NCBI GenBank assembly: GCA_964016885.1
Contig: OZ024741.1
Location: 75,516,001 to 75,580,000, forward strand
Reading direction: 5' to 3'
From: Eledone cirrhosa
Lineage: Eukaryota
Length of the DNA: 64,000 nt
Positions 35,073-47,008 of the stretch are shown piece by piece. Below the pieces are notes generated by a model. It worked only from the letters and a program-made list of their open reading frames with translations, had not been told where the DNA came from and did not search any database. The first letter of the stretch is position 1; the number at the start of each line of letters is the position of its first letter. The translations under genes were made by a program, and so were the position numbers.

Positions 35073-36058
35073 TATAAACCTTTTCATGTCACAGGAAGCT
35101 TCTGCTATCTAAGTGACTTATATAGCAGTGAAGGAGGGTGCTCTGAGAGAGTAATAGCTAGAACAAGGATAGTGTGGAATAAGGATAGGATAGGATGGAA
35201 AAAGTTTAGAGAGCTACTCCTACTGTTGACTACTAAAAGTCTCTTCCTATGTACAAAAGGACGACTGCATGTGATGTTGCATGGTGGTGGGACATGGGCT
35301 TTGACTGCAGGGGACATGTGTTGACTGGAGAGAAATGAAGCAGCCATGCTTTGCTGGATTTACAATGTAAATGTGAGAGAAAGGCAGAGCTGAGAGAGAC
35401 GCTGGGTTAAAAAGAAATGTGAGTTGGTATGCAAAAGAGGAGATTGCATTGGTATGGACATGTGATGAGCCTGGATGATGATCGATGATGGGTGAAGAAG
35501 TACCAAAATATCCCAGTGGAAGGAGGCCACAATAAAGAAACACCTGGCCAGAGGTGGTGAGAGCTGACCTCAAATCGCTGAGACTCACAGAGGGAAAGAC
35601 AAAGAAATGTGGCGAGAGGAGAGATGCTTTGCTGCGAAGGACCTGCCCGACCCATGCAAGTGTGGAAAAATGGACTTAAAAATAATGATGATGATGATGA
35701 TGATGATGTATATATACATACACACACACATACACATATATATGTGTGTGTTATGTGTGCATGTGTATGTGTGTGTGTGTCTGTTAATATCTAATATATA
35801 CATACATAGCTATTAGATTGCAAACACACACACATACACATATATATGTGTGTGTTGTGTTGCGTGTGTATGCGTGTGTATATGTGTGTATGTGTGTGTG
35901 TTTGCAATCTAATAGCTATGTATGTATATATTAGATATTAACAAACACAGATAGACCTGGGTGGGCACCCTTATATATGTTTAAACATATAATATAGTTT
36001 TATAGTTTGAAACAAATATTTGCAGCATTTATAAACAGAGGTGTTCTGCCAGATTACA

Positions 36059-36060
<2 letters not shown>

Positions 36061-36154
<94 letters not shown>

Positions 36155-36269
36155 GTTAGGCACACACATTTACTCTTTTTCTTTGTTCATTTTTCCAGTT
36201 CTACTCAAAATACTATTTCTTTCTAAATATTTGTCTGTCCATTTTATTAAACATCTCTCTCCCCCACTT

Positions 36270-36332
<63 letters not shown>

Positions 36333-36457
36333 ATTTCACACGCTCACACATACACTCACAAAAACTCATACTATCTCTCTCTATTTATCTCTGCCTCTTG
36401 CTCCCTCACACAACTTATACACACACATACTTGTACTATCTCCTCTCTATCTCACAT

Positions 36458-36500
<43 letters not shown>

Positions 36501-36675
36501 TCCTTTACTGTTTCTTTATATCCCCCTCTCTCTCTCTATCACTTTATCTATCTATCTATCTTTTTGTCCTCCTATAATCAATTGTGATTCACCATTATTT
36601 TTTCTTTTTCTTCCCATCCCCCTCCCCACTACCATCTTTCATCTCATTTTTTTCCTCATTCACATTCTGTGTCTG

Positions 36676-36751
<76 letters not shown>

Positions 36752-36764
36752 ATATGTATGTATG

Positions 36765-36845
<81 letters not shown>

Positions 36846-36852
36846 ATATATA
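36061..36852. repeat. (CT)n, (CA)n, (AT)n microsatellite block
   Basis: Read directly. Confidence 0.92.
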
Positions 36853-37257
36853 ATAGCTACCATCCATTTCCTTCTCTTTGTCTACAGACACATGCATAAC
36901 TAACTCAGTCCGAGTAATTTATTCTTCAAAAATAAATAATACATACATAGATGCATTCAAAAACTATTTACATATCTGATCCTTGTTAACCATTCTCTGC
37001 CAAGTTAATAAAGAAGCAAAGTAACCAGAAAAAGACTCAAACATCGGAAATGGAGTTCTATATTACTTGGTTTGAATCAGGTATATTTATATATTAGTAA
37101 AGAGGACATTATTATGTGGTGCTTAATACTGCAATTTGATCATATCATTCTCCAGTGATGGCACTGATAATTATGTATATATACATGTATACATGTGTGC
37201 ATATATGTGTCTATATAGGAATATGTATATGATTATATATATAAATATATATATATA

Positions 37258-38090
37258 TCATCATCATCATCATTATCATCATCGTTTAACGTCCATCTTC
37301 CACGCTTGCATGGGTTTGGACGGGAATTTTCCCACTTGAGGCAAGATTGGTTGTCTTGCTCGTATAGGACTGTCTGGCGGGGTTTCTACGGCTGGATGCC
37401 CTTCCTAACACCAACCATGTTTACAGTGTGGACTGGAAGCTTTTTACCGTGTTGCCTACACGGCCACATTACAGCGTGGACTGTCTGGCGGGTTTTCTAC
37501 GGCTGGATGCCCTTCCTAACACCAACCACGTTTACAGTGTGGACTGGAAGGTTTTTACCGTGTTACCTACACGGCCACATTACAGCGTGGACTGTGTGTT
37601 TTTTTTTTCATGACACCTACACGCCTCATTTATTTCGGACTGGATGTTGTGGTACCAACATAACTTTACATCAAAAGGGGTGGTGTGGATGGGGTGGGGT
37701 AGTGGGACAGGGGTGTGTTTTGTTAGAGGTGCCTACTGACTGTAGGTTTCGCTTTGTACTTAGGCAAGGCGGGTCTTCTGCATTACTGTGTAGCGCCAAA
37801 GATCTCGGTCCAGTGACATTGTCTTGGAGAGGTGTAAGTGTGTGAGGTCGGAATTTATCAAGTCGTCCCAGGTTTTTCTGGGTCTGCCTACTCCGTGGCT
37901 ACCGTCTATTTTTATCGCCCTGCAATTTTTTATACAGCTGTCGTCTTTCATGCGCATCACGTGACCATACCAACATAGTCTTCTCTCGAGTAAACAACAT
38001 CTGATCCCTCTTATTTCTAGTTCCCTCTTAGTTCATTTATGCTTTGCCATTCACGTATATTACTATTACACATCCAACGGAGCATGCAAG
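37258..38090 (-). mobile_element. RTE 3' portion, opposite orientation to the adjacent copy
   Basis: ORF 37760-37960 is nearly identical to 40602-40802; a 3'-UTR block is duplicated (~37367-37478 / 37479-37575). Confidence 0.9.
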
Positions 38091-38104
38091 ATATATATAT
38101 ATAT

Positions 38105-41100
38105 ATTAAAATACGACTTGTCCTCAATAGAACTACGGTGACAGTAATATCTGCGTACGCACCCCAATCCGGACTGCCCGGCACTATAAAAGACAGATTC
38201 TATGAGACACTGATGCTAACTACAGTGACTATATAATTATCGCAGGCGACCTAAATGGTCACGTTGGACAACATTGTGACGGCTACGACGAAATCCATGG
38301 AGGCTATGGGTTTGGTACTAGAAATGAGGAAGGCTCCAGAATCCTGGAATTCTGTGATGCAAATAACCTAACTATCTGTAACACTAACTTCAAAAAACGT
38401 GACAATCACCTGATCACCTATAGATCCGGGGAACACACAAGCCAGGTAGATTATATCCTTACCAGAAGACGTGACAGAGTGTCTGTTGTAAACACTAAAT
38501 CCCTCCCCCATGAAGAATGCACCTCCCAACATAGACTGATAATTAGCGACCTCATAGTCAGGACGAGACGTACTCGACAGCAGAAGAGGACTATCCTCAG
38601 GAGAAAAATATGGAAGCTAAAGGACCCCACAGCCAGGAATAAATTTCAAAGCATATTACTTGATGCTTTCGACAGTAAGGAAGAACATTTAGAGTCGGAC
38701 AATATAGAGGGAGAGTGGGAATTTCTGAAAGCAAACCTGCTGTTGGCGACAGACGAAGTCTGTGGCTGGAGCAGGCCTGTAGGCAGGAGGAGAGTAACAT
38801 GGTGGTGGAACAGTAAGGTGGAGGGGTCAATTAAGGCCAAAAAGCAGGCTTGGAAAGTATGGCGGGATGGGGAAAGTAGAGAAGACTATCAAGTGGCCAG
38901 GAGGGAAGCTAGGAGACAAGTGTACTTAGCAAGAAGGGAAGCTGAGGAAAGAAAGTTCAAGCATGTTCTACAACGCGATGACCAAAAACGTGAGGTGTTC
39001 AGGATTGCTAGGCAATGCGTCAAGGAAAACCGTGATATTGTCGGGAAGAAGTGTGTACTAAACGACGATGGCACACTTGCCATCACTGACGCTGATAAGA
39101 AGGTAGCTTGGAAATGTCACTACGAAAGGCTACTAAATGAGGAGAATAAGTGGGAGAAAGACAGTCTCCTCCACATCGATCCAATAGAGGGACCAGCAGT
39201 GCTAGTTGAAGGTAGTATAATAAGTAAGGCAATCAAAGATATAAAGACGGGTAAGGCGGCTGGGCTTTTGGAAATAGTTGCTGAAATGCTGAAAGCATCT
39301 GGAACGGTGGGACACACTATGGTCACCCAGATAGTAAACCAAGTCATACAGAATGGGGTCGTTCCGAAGGACTGGCGTAGCAGCATCATCATTAACTGCT
39401 ACAAGGGTAAATGAGATGCCCTAGACAGGGGTAACTATAGAGGCATTAAATTAATCAACCAGGTCATGAAGGTCACAGAAAAAGTAATAGCGCAACTAAT
39501 CAGAGAGAGAATTGATCTAGATGAAATGCAGTTCGGGTTTGTGCCAGGTAAAAGTACCACAGACGCTCTTTTCATTGTACGACAACTACAGGAGAAGTAC
39601 CTAGCTAAAAGTAAACCCCTATACTTAGCTTTTGTTGACTTGGAGAAAGCCTTTGACAGAGTCCCCCGCTCCATTATCTGGTGGGCTCTTAAAAAACTAG
39701 GTGTTGATGAATGGCTTGTGAGAGCTATATAAGCCATGTATAAAGAAACAGTCAGCAAAGTTAGAATTAACAACGAATATAGTGAAGAGTTTAGTGTAAA
39801 AGTTGGTGTTCATCAGGGCTCCGTCCTTAGCCCCCTCCTATTTATTATTGCCGTTCAGGCTATAACAGAGGAGTTCAAGACCGGCTGCCCATGGGAACTC
39901 CTATATGCAGATGATCTAACGCTCATAGCTGAATCAATGGCCGAACTAGAGAAGAAATTCCAAACATGGAAGCATGGCCTAGAATCAAAAAGCCTTAAAA
40001 TTAACCTGTCTAAGACTAAAGTTCTAGTTTGTAGGAAGGAAAGTAGGGCACCAGTCCCATCTGGGAAATGGTCATGCTCAGTGTGTAGGAAAGGAGTAGG
40101 CAGAAACTCCATTTTATGCCCCAAATGCAAAGTATGGGTGCATAAAAGATGTAGTGGGATCACAGGTAAACTAACTAAGAATATAGATATTATATGTGGC
40201 CGGTGCTCTGGTGCAATAAGTAGCAGCAAGTGCCCACAGAATACTAGCTCATTCCATTGCACAGATGGTTCTATAGAAATAGTGGACACCTTCCGTTACC
40301 TGGGTGACAAAATCAGCAGTGGTGGAGGGTGCTCTGAAAGTACAGTAGCTAGAGTCAGAACGGGATGGAAAAAGTTCAGAGAGCTTATACCACTATTGGC
40401 CGCTAAAGTGTTCTCTCTAAAAATGAAAGGCAGGCTGTATGATGCCTGCATACGAACAGCAATGTTACATGGCAGTGAGACCTGGGCATTGTGTGCAGAG
40501 GATATACGCAGACTGGAGAGGAACGAAGCTTGCATGCTCCGCTGGATGTGTAATAGTAATATACATGTTTACTCGAGAGAAGACTACATTGGCATGGTCA
40601 CGTGATGCGCATGAAAGACGACAGCTGTATAAAAAAGTGCAGGGCGATAAAAATAGACGGTAGCCACGAAGTAGGCAGACCCAGAAAAACCTGGGATGAC
40701 TTGATAAATTCCGACCTCACACACTTACACCTCTCCAAGACAATGTCACTGGACCGAGATCTTTGGCGCTACACAGTAATACAGAAGACCCGCCTTGCCT
40801 AAGTACAAAGCGAAACCTACAGTCAGTAGGCACCTCTAACTAAAATACACCCCTGTCCCACTACCCCCACCCCATCCACACCACCCCTTTCAATTTAAAG
40901 TTATGTTGGTACCACAACATCCAGTCCGAAAACAAATGAGGTTGTGTAGGTCTCACAACAAAAAAACACACAGTCCACGCTGTAATGTGGCCGTGTAGGT
41001 AACACGGTAAAAACCTCCCAGTCCCACACTGTAAATGTGGTTGGTGTTAGGAAGGGCATCCAGCCGTAGAAAACCCGCCAGACAGTCCTATACGAGCAAG

Positions 41101-41197
41101 ACAACCAATCTTGCCTCAAGTGGGAAAATTCCCGTCCAAACGCATGCTAGTGTGGAAGATGGACGTTAAACGATGATGATGATGATGATGATGATGA
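38105..41197 (+). mobile_element. 5'-truncated RTE-clade LINE (partial EN + RT with PHD-like insert), disrupted
   Basis: ISAYAPQ, GDLNGHVG, WWWN, NYRGIKL, QFGF, FVDLEKAFDRVP, GVHQGSVLSP, YADD, FRYLG, HGSETW; stops at 39414 and 39732; (ATG)n tail. Confidence 0.94.
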
Positions 41198-41309
41198 TAT
41201 ATATATATGTGTATATATATATAGATATATAGATATATATACATACACACATATATATACACACATATATATACACACATATATATACACACATATATTA
41301 TATACATAG

Positions 41310-41553
41310 AGGCACGTGGCCTAGTGGTAAGTGTGTTGGACTTACGATCAGAATGTTGTGGGTTCGATTCGTGGGTTGCTCCAATATACTCAGCTGAAAA
41401 TGAGTACTAGCAATAGCTGGGGGTTTAACCCTGCGATGGGCTGGCGTCCTGTCCAGAGGAAAGTCTTGTACTCTCAGTCGCTTCACGCCATGAAACTGGG
41501 ATAAGCACCAGCCAAATGAGCCTTCTGGCTTAAGACAGACTTTAGACTTTTAG
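41310..41553 (+). mobile_element. tRNA-derived SINE, distinct family
   Basis: A box tggcctagtggt, B box ggttcgattc, (agacttt)n tail. Confidence 0.75.
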
Positions 41554-41581
41554 ATATATATATACACACACATATATATAT

Positions 41582-41668
<87 letters not shown>

Positions 41669-41669
<1 letters not shown>

Positions 41670-41982
41670 CATCATCATCATCATCATCATCTTCGTTTAA
41701 CGTCCATTTTCCACTCTAGCATGGGTTAGACGGGAGTTGTCCCACTTGAGGCAAGGTTGGTCGGGTGACCATGTCTCGCTCATATAGGACTATCTGGCAG
41801 GTTTTTTACGGCTGGATGCACTTCCTAACACCAACCACATTTACAGTGTGAAACTGGGAACTTTTTACCGTGTTACCTACACGGCCACATTACACCGTGG
41901 ACTGTGTGTTTTTTTCTCGTGACACCTACACGATCTCGATCTCATTTATCTCATTTATTTGGACTGGATGTTGTGGTACCAA
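41669..41982 (-). mobile_element. RTE 3'-UTR fragment
   Basis: Same tail family as 6866-7235. Confidence 0.82.
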
Positions 41983-41984
41983 CT

Positions 41985-42026
<42 letters not shown>

Positions 42027-42028
42027 CA

Positions 42029-42313
42029 TACGAAATTTGTCCCAAATGTAAGGGTACTGATTTTCCTATGTAAGACATGGTAATGTAGCACCTCATTGAT
42101 GTATACTTGTTTCAACATGATTGTCAGTCATGAGGTATTGCTGTTTATGTACAGGCATTTGGGCTGCAGGAAAATATCATACACATTGTGGGTAAAACTC
42201 AACAAATCTGCCAACAAAACATTTAATTCTTTAACACAAACTTATGGAGAAATAAGCTTTTAAGTGGCACAAAGCTTTCAAAGAGGGTCACAAAAATGTT
42301 GAAAATTAACCTC
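42029..42313 (+). mobile_element. Mariner-like 5' remnant
   Basis: Begins TA-cgaaatttgtcccaaa; translates VKLNKSANKTFNSLTQTYGE..FKWHKAFKEG. Confidence 0.6.
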
Positions 42314-43419
42314 ATGTGAATGGAGTTCCGCTGAAGCAGGTATAGAAGTTCAAGTTTCTTGGGGCTTTGTTTACATGTGATGGAAGGCAGAAGGCTGGAT
42401 TAAGTGCAAGAATTGCTGGAGCTGGTGTAGTAATGCACCATCTTCAGCATTCAGTAATTACTGAAAATCTAAATTTTGGATAAGAAACTTTGTTAAGATG
42501 TGTTCCAAAAACCAGCTTATTAATGAGAAAATTAGTTATATTACTAAATCCCTCCAAATACTTGATTAGTTTCAAAAAGACTTCAAAATCACAGTGTCTT
42601 TCATAAGAAATATGGTAATGAAAGGGGTAAAATTAAAATAATCTTATCAAAGTAAATAGTTTGATTGTATTGAACAGTCAAAGTGAGAGATCAATTAACA
42701 ATATTAGTCTCTATGCACGTTTTCCAATCACATAGCATAATGATCTAAATAAACACCACTAGACTAGCTCACTGTGAATATATTAAAACTGATCAATGGG
42801 TTCCAAATAGGCTTTTATCTGTATCAAAACACACACACATGTACACACACACACACAATCACAGAGAACAAAACACATATATGTATGTATATCATCATAT
42901 CATCATCATCAACATTTTACATCTGATTTCTATGTTGTTATGGTTTGGAGTGAGTGTCATGGTCTAGGACTAGATAGGTTGTGGGGGACTCCATATATTT
43001 TACATATATATATATGTGTGTGTGTGTCTGTGTGTATAGGATTACAAAGCTAATCAAAGAGACTCGGTGCAGCTCCAGCCATCTCCTACACAGAATGATA
43101 TAAAGTTTGTACGTTAGAAATACAAACCAATCACTCCGAGTGCATTCATACATTAACCAAAAAGATAAATGTCTGTGTGTGTAATATCCAAATTTGAATG
43201 GACTAGTAGCTGTTTGACTACCCAGTCATAATGCTGCAAGAGCTGTGTAAAGCAACGTCTACCTGGGCAAAATCCATGCTAGGTGTCATTTAAAAGACCA
43301 TTTTCCTATAGAAAAGTAATCAGCTGCTGGCCCTGATGGTTTCCCAACAATCCATCTAAAAACATATTAGCAAAACCACAGCAGATCCTCTTCCAAGGGT
43401 CCCTTATGAGTGGTAAACT

Positions 43420-43778
43420 GCCCAGAAAGCTAAAGGAGGGCATTGTGCATAGTGTGTCCTATTCATGAGGGAGTAAGCAGGGCAGATACTGAAGGCTGCA
43501 GACCTGTTTCCCTGACCACATGTGTTAGCAAGGTCATGTGATGTACATGGATGATGACTGATGGGTAAAGAAGTGCCAGGAAATGCCAGTGGAAGGAAGT
43601 CACAGTAGAAGTATACCAAGAAAGACCGAGGCAGACGTGGTGAGAGCTGACCTCAAATCACTGAAAGTCACAGAGGAGATGATGAAGAAACATGGTGTGT
43701 GGAAAGATGCTGAGAAGGACCTGTCCAACCCATGCAAGCATAGGAAAACAGATGTATAAACGATGATGATGATGATGT
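43420..43778 (+). mobile_element. Old RTE 3' fragment
   Basis: Similar to 35300-35708; atg tail. Confidence 0.65.
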
Positions 43779-44132
43779 ATCCAGACTTATAAACAGTTTC
43801 TGTGCTCCAGTCTGTCAACAATAGTTCCAACTGGAACCACTATTCACAGTAGTTAGGTAATATTTGCAGACACTACATAATTTGTTGTTAAATGCACTTC
43901 TTCAGCGGGTGATTGCATCCCAAATATACATACATATATATATATGCATGTATATATTTCTGTATAATTATAATATATCATCATCATCATTTTACGTCCG
44001 CTTTTCCCTGCTTGCAAGAGTGGGACGATATTATGTATATATATATCATCGAATTATGTATATATATATATCATCATCATCATTTTACATCCGCTTATCT
44101 AAGTTTAAATATTCATTTTATTAAGGCTAAAT

Positions 44133-44523
44133 AATTGTTTCTACTTTAGGCACAAGGCCAGCAATTACCCAGTACATTACTGGTACTTTCTTTTATCGAC
44201 CCCGTCCCGTAAGGATGAAAGGCAAAGTTAACCTCGGCAGGATTTGAACTCAGATTGTAAAGGGACGTAACTATGCTAGAAAGCATGGCGTCCAACCCTC
44301 TACCGATACTGCCAATTCACCGCCATATTAATAATAATTGTTTCTACGTTTGGCACAAGGCCAGAAATTACCCAGTGCATTACTGGTACTTTATTTTATC
44401 GACCCCGTAAGGATGAAAGGCAAAGTTATCCTCGGCGGGATTGAACTCAGATCGTAAAGGGATGTAACTACATACGTCAAAGCATAGCGTCCGACCCTCT
44501 ACCGATACTGCCAATCCACCGCC
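44133..44523 (-). mobile_element. Two tandem tRNA-SINE copies
   Basis: Two complete units (~44133-44323 and ~44336-44523) with A and B boxes. Confidence 0.88.
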
Positions 44524-44756
44524 CTATAAATAATAATAGTGACCAATTATATCTGACTTTCCTCATTATTTCATAAAAATAAAGTAGTTCTAGTCCTGTA
44601 GAAGTCATTTCAATATGAAATAAAGATGCCTGTACGTATTGAGTACCTTTTTAGATGTTGTCTCCTCCCAATACTCATCTGGAATCTCCCCATAATTATA
44701 TGTTTATGTATACATACATACATACATACATACATACATACATACATACATACATA

Positions 44757-44856
44757 CATGATGGCTGCCCTCTCGTTATCGAGTATGGCCATTGCACAAG
44801 AAAAAAAAAAAATAAGTAAAAAATAAAAAAAAAAATTAAAAAAATAAAAAAATAAA

Positions 44857-44888
<32 letters not shown>

Positions 44889-44994
44889 TTAAAAAAAAAA
44901 AAAAAAAGAAATATATATATATATATATATATATACATACATACATATATACATACACACATACATACACATACACTCACATATATACACACAT

Positions 44995-45030
<36 letters not shown>

Positions 45031-45109
45031 GCAATAATAATAATAACGACAACAACAATAATAATATGCATATTCATATATATATACACACACACGCACG
45101 CACATAAGC

Positions 45110-45151
<42 letters not shown>

Positions 45152-46696
45152 TAGCAACTAACAGTGCTGCGATCGAATGTGGCTTTTTAGCCCAGCCAAT
45201 GATCTAAAATGTCTTGCACAGAGTTGGCAACCAAAACATTCACTGGGAATAGTCGGCTGTGGTTGGAGTTCGTGTACTTTTGCATGTCGCTTGAGCCCTC
45301 CTGCTGATTTACATTCTCTACCACATGTTTGGCAAGCATGATGAGTAGCATCTCCAACAGCAGCCTGGTAGTCAACCACTGGTCTTACTTTATGACTGCG
45401 AAGATGACTTTCGAGTCCAGCTTTGCTTAGGCAGAGTCTCGCACAGACGCTGCATGTCAGAACCATAGGAGGACCCTCGCCGTCTGGAAGTGCAACAGCA
45501 ATGCCCTTCTTCACGTCCCGCTTTACTTTCTCGTGTGCGATTCGAGATGCCTCAAAGGCAACTTTTCCCTCATATACAGTCTTTCTCCATTTATTACGAT
45601 CAGCAGCAATATTTTCCCATGTATCAGCAGAGATGTTAGCGTCTTTCAGAGAAGGCTTTCAAGGAATCCTTATACCTCTTTTTTGGTTTATGTGGCGGTC
45701 GTTTTCCTTTAACCAACTCTCCATAGAAGAGTTGTTTTGGTATTCTAGAATCCTTCATCCTGGCAAGGTGACCACGCCAACGGAGTCGTTGCTTAAGCAC
45801 AAGAGCTTCTATACTGTCACACATAGAGCTTTCCAAAATCTCGACATCACTGATGTGGTCCCTCCAGTGAACGCCATGGATACGTCTGAGACACATCTGA
45901 TGGAAACGCTCCAATTGCTTAAGGTGGTGTCGATATGTGACCCAGGTCTCGCAGGCATAAAGAAGACAAGAGAGTACACATGCCCTGTATACCTTTACCT
46001 TTGTCCTCCTGCATATGTCTCGCCGACCCCAGAGTCGCCTTTCTAGCTTTCCGAAAGCATCACTTGCTTTCCTAATCCTAAGTGAGATTTCACTATCAAG
46101 GTTGCCGTATCGATTGACAGTGCTTCCCAGGTAGACAAACTGATCAACCACTCCAAGTCGTTTGCCATACACATAGATGTTTGGTTCAGTGTACTGCTTA
46201 CTAGGGGCAGGTTGGTACATGATGACGGTTTTCTTGAGACTGACAGTCAAACCCAGGGCAGTGCAAGCGTCAGAAAATACATTCAAAATGTGCTGCATAT
46301 CACTCTCTGTGTGCGCTACAAGATCGCAATTATCTGCATACAAGAGGTCTCTTATGACCGATGTAAATACTTTTGTCTTCGCAGCAAAGCGCCTGATGTT
46401 AAATATGCTGCCTGAGGTTCGATATCGGATGTAAACACCATGCTCGCAATTCCTGAATGCAATACAGAAAACCATTGCAAAGTATATGGCAAACAGGGTC
46501 GGTGCTGGAATATCCCCCTGTTTCACTCCATTTTTTACTGAGATAGGCTCCGACATGTTACCTCCGACATTAACCCAAGCTGAACAGTGGAAGATCTCCA
46601 GGTATGGATGGCATACATGCTGAGCTCCTACAATATGGTGGTGAGAGACTCCTGCAACATCTTCACTCTCTGTTTGGAAGGATATGGGCTAATGAA
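44757..46696 (-). mobile_element. RTE-clade LINE with three C-terminal C2H2 fingers and a 5' inversion, in a (TACA)n array
   Basis: GVKQGD..PTLF, LLYADN, FVYLGS, LYACETW (45636-46556). Fingers CSVC..HLRSH, CQTC..HAKVH, CQLC..HIRSQH (45158-45514). SPGMDGIHAELL on the + strand at ~46580-46696. Confidence 0.9.
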
Positions 46697-46728
46697 TACA
46701 TACATACATACATACATACATACATACA

Positions 46729-46762
<34 letters not shown>

Positions 46763-47008
46763 CATATATCTATCTATCTATCTATCTATATATCTATCTG
46801 GGATGGACACACGCGTATAACTTGCTGAGTAAGTTCTGTTTAAATTTCTATAGAAATTCTTGTCTGATAACTTTAATTTTTGTACCATTTTGTAGAGGGA
46901 CTGCCAGGTCAAACTTTGATCTGGTCAGTCTCTCAAAATATTCTACGCCTTTAGGCGAAATAGTTAAAAAAAAAGTTTTTTCTTGTTGAAAAGTCAATAT
47001 TTTTTTAA

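Larger units (their letters stand above)
31535..35708 (+). mobile_element. Old RTE remnant split by CR1 and SINE insertions (pieces ~31535-31668, 34566-34680, 35095-35708)
   Basis: IAESIKALENKF..KAKVLVSRKEERTFI | PSG..CSGIMGSLTGRENFVC | FCYLSD..GGCSE.. is collinear with the RTE at 39920-40800. Confidence 0.72.

Noticed and set aside
45158-45514. Host C2H2 zinc-finger gene
   Set aside because: Collinear, frameshifted C-terminus of the RTE ORF.
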